DNA of 64,000 nucleotides. Source: an uncultured Pelagibacteraceae bacterium (GTDB taxonomy: Bacteria; Pseudomonadota; Alphaproteobacteria; Pelagibacterales; Pelagibacteraceae). This document shows, one piece after another, positions 58,833 through 64,000 of this stretch. The notes beneath the pieces were generated by a model. It had not been told where the DNA came from. It ran no database searches and saw only the letters and a list, made by a program, of their open reading frames with translations. Position 1 is the stretch's first letter, and each line of letters starts with the position of its first letter. The position numbers and the translations under genes are program-made. The stretch covers positions 30,656-94,655 of the forward strand of contig CACPJP010000001.1 in NCBI GenBank assembly GCA_902634325.1, read 5' to 3'.

Positions 58833-58909
58833 TGGTACAGCAGGGTGGATTCGAACCACCGACCCCTAGTTCCACAAACTAGTGCTCTAACCAACTGAGC
58901 TACTGCTGC
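58833..58909 (-). tRNA. tRNA-His (anticodon GUG), no encoded G-1, G1:U72, A73, CCA encoded
   Basis: Minus-strand sequence GCAGCAGTAGCTCAGTTGGTTAGAGCACTAGTTTGTGGAACTAGGGGTCGGTGGTTCGAATCCACCCTGCTGTACCA (77 nt). Anticodon loop TTGTGGA. The base before position 1 is T. Confidence 0.92.
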
Positions 58910-58964
58910 ATAACTCCTTTTTATATTAATTGTTTATAAAATTATATTTTAAATATGTAGTGAT

Positions 58965-59039
58965 TTAGCTAAGCAATAGCTTAGCGTGCACTCTGTGGGA
59001 GTGTGTGTGAGATATAGCGATGTTTATTCTCTTCAACAT
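58965..59039 (-). other. 24-codon His-rich mini-ORF in the spacer upstream of tRNA-His (hypothetical leader peptide)
   Basis: ATG TTG AAG AGA ATA AAC ATC GCT ATA TCT CAC ACA CAC TCC CAC AGA GTG CAC GCT AAG CTA TTG CTT AGC TAA translates to MLKRINIAISHTHSHRVHAKLLLS. There is no convincing Shine-Dalgarno sequence. Confidence 0.2.
58968..58985 (-). promoter_or_regulatory. Perfect 7-4-7 palindrome/hairpin GCTAAGC-AATA-GCTTAGC
   Basis: Seen directly in the sequence. It sits 59-76 nt upstream of the tRNA-His 5' end. A second hairpin, CACTC-TGTGG-GAGTG, lies at 58989-59003, next to a (GT)4 run at 59001-59009. Confidence 0.4.
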
Positions 59040-59084
59040 TTGTGGTTCTTTTAACAAATTAAAAATTAATTTCAACCCCAGATT

Positions 59085-59125
59085 ATTGGGACAACAACCT
59101 AAATCTAGGTAACCATTGCCCCAAT
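59085..59125 (-). terminator. Long imperfect hairpin 24 nt downstream of cspA
   Basis: Minus-strand RNA ATTGGGGCAA..ACCTA-GATT-TAGGT..TTGTCCCAAT. The single irregular position is a G:U pair on the minus strand but an A:C mismatch on the plus strand. The U-tract is weak. Confidence 0.4.
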
Positions 59126-59148
59126 TTTCAATGTGCTGGTAATAAGAT

Positions 59149-59358
59149 TTAAGATGTTTTCTGTAGATTTACCGCGGCAGGTCCTTTTTCTCCGTTCTCT
59201 ACATCAAAAGTAAGCTCATCACCTTCGTTTAAATATTTTAAACCAGCTGCTCTTACTGCTGAAGAATGAACGAAAACGTCCTTTTCCTTATCTTCTCTTT
59301 CAATAAAACCATATCCTTTAGTTCCATTGAACCACTTAACTTTTCCTTTTAGACTCAT
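59149..59358 (-). CDS. cspA: Cold-shock protein (CspA family)
   Basis: [15 protein letters not shown] (RNP1) and VFVHSS (RNP2). 69 aa. Preceded by a 133-nt spacer consistent with a long 5' UTR. Confidence 0.95.
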   Translation of the reverse strand: MSLKGKVKWFNGTKGYGFIEREDKEKDVFVHSSAVRAAGLKYLNEGDELTFDVENGEKGPAAVNLQKTS

Positions 59359-59491
59359 TTGTTCTTCCTTGCTTAGTTGTTAACGTAACATTAGTAAAAA
59401 TTACTAATATTGCCCTTAAATAGATTTATAGATTAAATGTCAAGTGAATGATCAGCTTTTAAATAAAAAAATTAATAAAATTACATATTTA

Positions 59492-60601
59492 CTACATTAA
59501 TATACTTAGTATTATAGCCAATATTAGAATAATTGTGGCACTTGCGAATAAGTTTTTTCTTTCTTTTATAAATCTTGTAATTTTAGATATACTTGGTTGA
59601 ATATAGGCTAATTTCTCTCCTGTAGCATCTGATGGTTTTTTAAACCCTTGATCTCTACCAATTTTTAGAAATTTTGTTTTTCTTTGATTAAAAATTTGCT
59701 CTCCAGATAAATTTTTGAAACTTTCTAGATTTTTTAATATTGATTGTTTAATTTTTGCTGCCATTTCTTTATTATCTCGATGTGCTCCTCCTAAAGGTTC
59801 CTCAATTACTTCGTCTACGACACCTAATTTCAAAAGTTCTTTGGCATTTAGTTTCATAGCTTCTGCTGCTTCTAAAGATTTGCTTGGATCTCTCCACAGA
59901 ATAGAAGCGCATCCTTCTGGTGATATAACTGAATAAATTGAATGCTCTAACATTATAACTTTATTAGATGAAGCTAATGCAATTGCTCCTCCTGATCCGC
60001 CTTCTCCAATTATCACAGAGATGTTTGGAACACTGAGAGACATACAACATTCTATCGAGTTAGCTATTGCTAATGCTTGCCCTCTTTGTTCAGCTCCTAT
60101 ACCAGGATACGCACCGGGTGTGTCGATAAGTGTAATGACTGGAATTCTAAAACGATCGGCAAGCCTCATGAGTCTTATACATTTTCTATAACCTTCTGGT
60201 CTCATCATTCCAAAATTTCTTTCCATTCTGCTATTAAGGTCCTCTCCTTTTTCTTGGCCCAAAACTAAAACTGATTTATTTTCAATCACCCCAAAACCTG
60301 CAATTATAGATTTATCATCAGCAAAAAGTCTATCCCCAGATAGCAAAGTAAAATCTGAAAATATTTCTTGAATATAAAAATTAGCTCTTGGTCTGTCCTC
60401 GTGTCTGGCAACCATAGTTTTTTGCCAACTATTAAGAGCAGAGTAAGTAGATTTTAGTTTTTCATTAATTTCTTTTTGAATTCTTTGAATCTTATCCGTA
60501 TCAACCTCGGAGATTCCTTCTTTATCAAATGGATTTTTTGAAGACTCAAGATCTTCCTCTAGAGCTTTTATTTCCTTTTCAAATTCTAAGTAGTTTCTCA
60601 T
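59492..60601 (-). CDS. accA: Acetyl-CoA carboxylase carboxyltransferase alpha subunit with a C-terminal hydrophobic extension
   Basis: DTPGAYPGIGAEQRGQALAIA and GEGGSGGALA motifs. 369 aa versus about 320 aa typical. The extra tail ends in LFASATIILILAIILSILM. Confidence 0.92.
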   Translation of the reverse strand: MRNYLEFEKEIKALEEDLESSKNPFDKEGISEVDTDKIQRIQKEINEKLKSTYSALNSWQKTMVARHEDRPRANFYIQEIFSDFTLLSGDRLFADDKSIIAGFGVIENKSVLVLGQEKGEDLNSRMERNFGMMRPEGYRKCIRLMRLADRFRIPVITLIDTPGAYPGIGAEQRGQALAIANSIECCMSLSVPNISVIIGEGGSGGAIALASSNKVIMLEHSIYSVISPEGCASILWRDPSKSLEAAEAMKLNAKELLKLGVVDEVIEEPLGGAHRDNKEMAAKIKQSILKNLESFKNLSGEQIFNQRKTKFLKIGRDQGFKKPSDATGEKLAYIQPSISKITRFIKERKNLFASATIILILAIILSILM

Positions 60602-60701
60602 AAATTTTTAAAGCAAGAATAATATTATTAACTCTAATAAAATTCAAATGTGTCAATAAAGTGTTGTTAAAGCACTTATTATTTGCTCTATTATATATTA
60701 A

Positions 60702-62837
60702 ATGAAAAAAATTAATATTAATAATTTACAAGTTGATGAACAGTTGCTCAAATTTATTAATGAAGAAATTATTCCGGGCACAAATATAAATGTTGATAAT
60801 TTCTGGGATGGTTTTGCTAAAACTGTTAATGATTTGGCGCCTATTAATAAAAAATTGTTAGAAAAAAGAGATCAAATTCAAAAAAAAATAGATAAATGGC
60901 ACTTATCAAATAAAGGTGCTGCTTTTGATAAAAATAAGTATTTAAGTTTTTTAAAATCAATAAATTATATTGTTGAAGAAAAAGAAGATTTTAAAATTAT
61001 AACATCTAATGTTGACGAGGAGATCACAACTATTGCTGGTCCACAATTGGTCGTGCCAGTAGATAATGCTAGATATACTTTGAATGCTGCTAATGCACGC
61101 TGGGGAAGTTTGTATGATACACTTTATGGAACAGATGCTATATCAAAAAAAAACAAAAACCAAGAAAAAGCAAAAAAGGTTATAGATTATGTTAGAGACT
61201 TTTTAGACAAAATATTACCAATTGACCAAGGAAGTTGGAAGGATATTTCTAAACTAAAAATAGAAGAAAAAAATTTAATAATAATTATTAATAATAAAAA
61301 TAGATATCTAAAAAATAAAAAACAATTTATTGGATTTAGTGGAGATAAAAATAAGCCAAAATCAATTTTACTAAAAAATAATAACCTCCATATAGATATT
61401 ATAATTGATCCAAATAATTCAATTGGAAAAAATGATTTGGCAAATATAAGTGATGTGATTGTCGAATCAGCTATATCAACAATTGTGGATAATGAGGACT
61501 CCGTTGCTGCGGTAGATGCTGAAGACAAAATCAAATGCTACAGAAATTGGCTTGGTCTGATGAAAGGTACTTTGTGGGCAGAAATTGAAAAAAATGGAAA
61601 AAAATTTACTAGAAAACTAAACCCCGACAGGAATTACACTGGGGTGGATGGATCGAAGATTGTGTTACACGGTAGGGCCCTATTGTTAAATAGAAACGTG
61701 GGTCATCTTATGACGAATCCAGCAATAATTTTAAAAGATGACTCAGAAATTCCTGAGGGAATAATGGACGCTTTTATTTCCACGCTTTGTGCAATACATG
61801 ATTTGAAAAATAAAAAAAATTCTAGAACAGGTTCTTTCTATATAGTTAAACCCAAAATGCATGGGCCAGATGAAGTTAAATTTACAAATGATCTTTTTTC
61901 AAAAGTAGAGGAAATCTTAGGATTAAAAAAATATTTTATTAAAGTTGGAATAATGGATGAAGAAAGAAGAACAACAGTAAATTTAAAAGAATGTATCAGA
62001 GAAGTTAAAGAAAGAGTTGTTTTCATTAATACTGGATTTTTAGATAGAACTGGTGATGAAATGCACACGTCCTTCGAGTCTGGACCAATGATTTTTAAAG
62101 GTGAAATGAAAAAATCTACTTGGCTAAGTGCCTATGAAGATTGGAATGTTGATGTTGGTTTGTCATGTGGGTTTTCTGGTAAAGCACAAATAGGAAAAGG
62201 AATGTGGGCTATGCCTGACAAAATGGCTGACATGATGCAACAAAAAATAGATCATCTTAAAGCGGGTGCTAATTGCGCGTGGGTACCCTCTCCAACAGCT
62301 GCAACACTTCATTCAATGCATTACCACAAATTAGATGTTTTCAAAAAACATTCTGAAATAAAATCTAGAAAAAGAGCTGCGCTTGAAAACATATTAGAAA
62401 TACCAAAAGCAGATAGGCCTAATTGGTCGGTTGATGATATTAATAAAGAATTAGAAAATAATGCTCAGGGAATTTTAGGATATGTGGTCAGATGGATTGA
62501 TCAAGGAGTTGGTTGTTCAAAAGTGCCCGATATAAATAATGTAGGTTTAATGGAAGACAGAGCAACTTTGAGAATATCATCACAACATATGGCGAATTGG
62601 TTACACCACAATATATGCACCAAAGATCAAGTTATGAATGTTATGAAAAAAATGGCTACGATTGTAGATAAACAAAATAGCGGAGATAAAAATTATTTAC
62701 CAATGGCTCCAAATTTTGAAAAATCAACAGCTTTCTCTGCAGCCTGTGACCTAGTATTTAAAGGTAGAGAACAACCATCTGGATATACCGAGCCCTTGCT
62801 GCACAAAAAAAGACTAGAAAAAAAAGCTAATCGCTAG
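60702..62837 (+). CDS. glcB: Malate synthase G
   Basis: 711 aa. The length and the [24 protein letters not shown] and [13 protein letters not shown] motifs fit the G-type enzyme. Confidence 0.95.
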   Translation: MKKININNLQVDEQLLKFINEEIIPGTNINVDNFWDGFAKTVNDLAPINKKLLEKRDQIQKKIDKWHLSNKGAAFDKNKYLSFLKSINYIVEEKEDFKIITSNVDEEITTIAGPQLVVPVDNARYTLNAANARWGSLYDTLYGTDAISKKNKNQEKAKKVIDYVRDFLDKILPIDQGSWKDISKLKIEEKNLIIIINNKNRYLKNKKQFIGFSGDKNKPKSILLKNNNLHIDIIIDPNNSIGKNDLANISDVIVESAISTIVDNEDSVAAVDAEDKIKCYRNWLGLMKGTLWAEIEKNGKKFTRKLNPDRNYTGVDGSKIVLHGRALLLNRNVGHLMTNPAIILKDDSEIPEGIMDAFISTLCAIHDLKNKKNSRTGSFYIVKPKMHGPDEVKFTNDLFSKVEEILGLKKYFIKVGIMDEERRTTVNLKECIREVKERVVFINTGFLDRTGDEMHTSFESGPMIFKGEMKKSTWLSAYEDWNVDVGLSCGFSGKAQIGKGMWAMPDKMADMMQQKIDHLKAGANCAWVPSPTAATLHSMHYHKLDVFKKHSEIKSRKRAALENILEIPKADRPNWSVDDINKELENNAQGILGYVVRWIDQGVGCSKVPDINNVGLMEDRATLRISSQHMANWLHHNICTKDQVMNVMKKMATIVDKQNSGDKNYLPMAPNFEKSTAFSAACDLVFKGREQPSGYTEPLLHKKRLEKKANR

Positions 62838-63435
62838 AAACTGGAACTCGATTTTTAAAAGCCGAAATCAATGTACCATCATCTAACTGTTCGATTTCTC
62901 CACCCACTGGTAAACCTTGCCCAAGTTTTGAAATCTTAATTTTATCACTCTTAATTGTATCTTCTATGTAATGAGCGGTCGTTTGACCCTCAATAGTAGC
63001 GCTTGTAGCAATAATAACTTCTCTTAAATTATTTTTTTTTATCCTTATAGCTAGAGAATCTATTAGCAAATTCTTTTGTCCGGAGTCCTCATTGGGATTA
63101 ACTGTCCCGCCTAGAATATGAAAATGACCTTTAAAAATATTTGAAGACTCAATAGCCCACATATCTGCTAAGTTTTCAACCACACAAATCTTGTCATAAC
63201 TATTCGTGTTGGTTTCACATACACATTTATTATTTATAACTTTAAGATTTCCACAATTGGTGCACCTAACTACGCTTTTATAAACATTGGCTAACGACTT
63301 TGCTAAAGGTTTGATCATACTATCTTTATTATTAATGAGTTTTAAAATTATCCTTTTGGCAGATTTTGGCCCAAGACCAGGTAATTTTGAAAATTGTTTA
63401 ACTAGTTCTTCTATTTCTGCGATACGATTATCCAT
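62827..63435 (-). CDS. recR: Recombination protein RecR
   Basis: [11 protein letters not shown] HhH motif, C4 zinc finger CTNCGN...C.C, and a Toprim domain. Confidence 0.93.
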   Translation of the reverse strand: MDNRIAEIEELVKQFSKLPGLGPKSAKRIILKLINNKDSMIKPLAKSLANVYKSVVRCTNCGNLKVINNKCVCETNTNSYDKICVVENLADMWAIESSNIFKGHFHILGGTVNPNEDSGQKNLLIDSLAIRIKKNNLREVIIATSATIEGQTTAHYIEDTIKSDKIKISKLGQGLPVGGEIEQLDDGTLISAFKNRVPVSSD

Positions 63436-63759
63436 TTAAAAAGGCATCTTAATATCAAAAGGTAGATTTTGAATTCCTGTAACCTTAGAAATTTCTTCTG
63501 AAGTTTTTTTCTTTAATTTGTCTTTAGCATCATTATAGGCTGCGATAATTAAATCATTAATAATTTCTTCTTTTTCATTTTTTGCTTTTGGATCAACAAA
63601 AATTGACTTCATCTCATAATCACCTCCTAGAATAACTTTAACCAAATTCCCCCCAGAAATACCCTCGACTTGAATTTTTTTTATACTTTCCTGGGCCTTT
63701 TGCATTTCGTCTTTCATTTTTTTGGCCTTGCTCAACATATCTGAAAAATTATTCATCAT
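63436..63759 (-). CDS. ybaB: Nucleoid-associated protein YbaB/EbfC
   Basis: 107 aa. MQKAQE...GGNLVKVILGGDYE pattern. Sits in the conserved dnaX-ybaB-recR order. Confidence 0.9.
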   Translation of the reverse strand: MMNNFSDMLSKAKKMKDEMQKAQESIKKIQVEGISGGNLVKVILGGDYEMKSIFVDPKAKNEKEEIINDLIIAAYNDAKDKLKKKTSEEISKVTGIQNLPFDIKMPF

Positions 63760-64000
63760 CTTTCCTTACATCAATTAAATCTGCGTCAGAGAAAAACCGA
63801 GACATTTCTTTAAAAATTTCACTATTTTTTTCCTCTTCAACTGATTTTTTCTTTTTTTCAATGTTTTGCTCGTGAAAAGTCTTTGAGCTTTTGTCTTTGC
63901 TTAAACTTATAATCCATCTTTTACCTGTCCATTCATACAAACAAATAGATAACTTTTTAATAAAGTTTTTATTTAAATTTTCATTAAAATTTATATCAAT
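63749..64000 (-). CDS. dnaX: DNA polymerase III subunit tau/gamma, C-terminal end (gene runs off the right edge)
   Basis: The frame is open to position 64000 (...KKLSICLYEWTGKRWIISLSKD...). The WTG.RW motif and the position upstream of ybaB-recR match alphaproteobacterial DnaX. The start in the ORF track is only an internal TTG. Confidence 0.7.
   Translation of the reverse strand: MDINFNENLNKNFIKKLSICLYEWTGKRWIISLSKDKSSKTFHEQNIEKKKKSVEEEKNSEIFKEMSRFFSDADLIDVRKDDE

Noticed and set aside
58829-58894. N-terminal extension of the hisS ORF (MVRALVCGTRGRWFESTLLYQK)
   Set aside because: It is the translation of the tRNA-His gene itself. The real start is ATG 58828, MVKNKKTK.
58910-58964. Classical rho-independent attenuator terminator after the His-rich mini-ORF
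   Set aside because: The 55 nt between the mini-ORF stop and tRNA-His are A/T-rich with no GC stem plus U-tract. A textbook hisL-type attenuator is therefore not supported, and the finding is kept only as a hypothesis.
60602-60701. Glycine riboswitch in front of malate synthase (reported for some SAR11 genomes)
   Set aside because: The 100-bp accA-glcB spacer is almost pure A/T and lacks the conserved GGAGAG...CACCG/ACCGAAGGGGCAA-type cores. It is also too short for a tandem aptamer. A covariance-model scan would settle it.

Overview
This is a very AT-rich (about 30% GC by eye), extremely gene-dense alphaproteobacterial chromosome segment. Several features fit a streamlined SAR11/Pelagibacterales-type genome (inference only, no search was run): CcrM, an F0 atp operon with both b and b' subunits, a tRNA-His lacking G-1, crtIBY-blh retinal genes, short-form HisG plus HisZ, and near-zero or negative intergenic spacers. 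I call about 80 genes, nearly all core housekeeping. They include petA (partial), hemF, greA, cca, ispE, udg, rnhB, ccrM, mutY, smc, atpIBEF'F, crtI-crtB-crtY-blh-ispH and thrB. A long cytochrome oxidase block follows (ctaC-ctaD, two subunit III paralogs, subunit IV, ctaB, ctaG), then thrC, ubiA and the lipid A genes msbA-waaA-lpxK-lpxL. The rest are purD, pgi, lspA-ileS-ribF, groESL, hisG-hisZ-hisS, cspA, accA, glcB and recR-ybaB-dnaX. Two tRNA genes (Gln-UUG, His-GUG) were found by hand, and both explain spurious N-terminal extensions in the ORF track. I saw no rRNA, CRISPR, IS element or prophage. The points most worth a second look are listed here. (1) A histidine-centred locus: an atypical tRNA-His sits 4 nt upstream of hisS-hisZ-hisG, preceded by an unusually long, locally GC-rich, hairpin-rich spacer that contains a His-rich 24-codon mini-ORF. 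(2) A small, very AT-rich glycan-modification islet (GT-C-like membrane protein, GtrB/ArnC-like GT2, methyltransferase, sulfotransferase-like gene) lies between groESL and the his genes. It is flanked by two unrelated secreted proteins that share a near-identical signal-peptide DNA cassette, and by a truncated nuclease-like gene stub. (3) Five GANTC sites cluster at the ccrM promoter. (4) AccA carries a C-terminal transmembrane tail. (5) Several sub-60-codon membrane ORFs are wedged between genes with overlapping stop/start codons. All functional calls come from motif recognition by eye, and no database search was possible.
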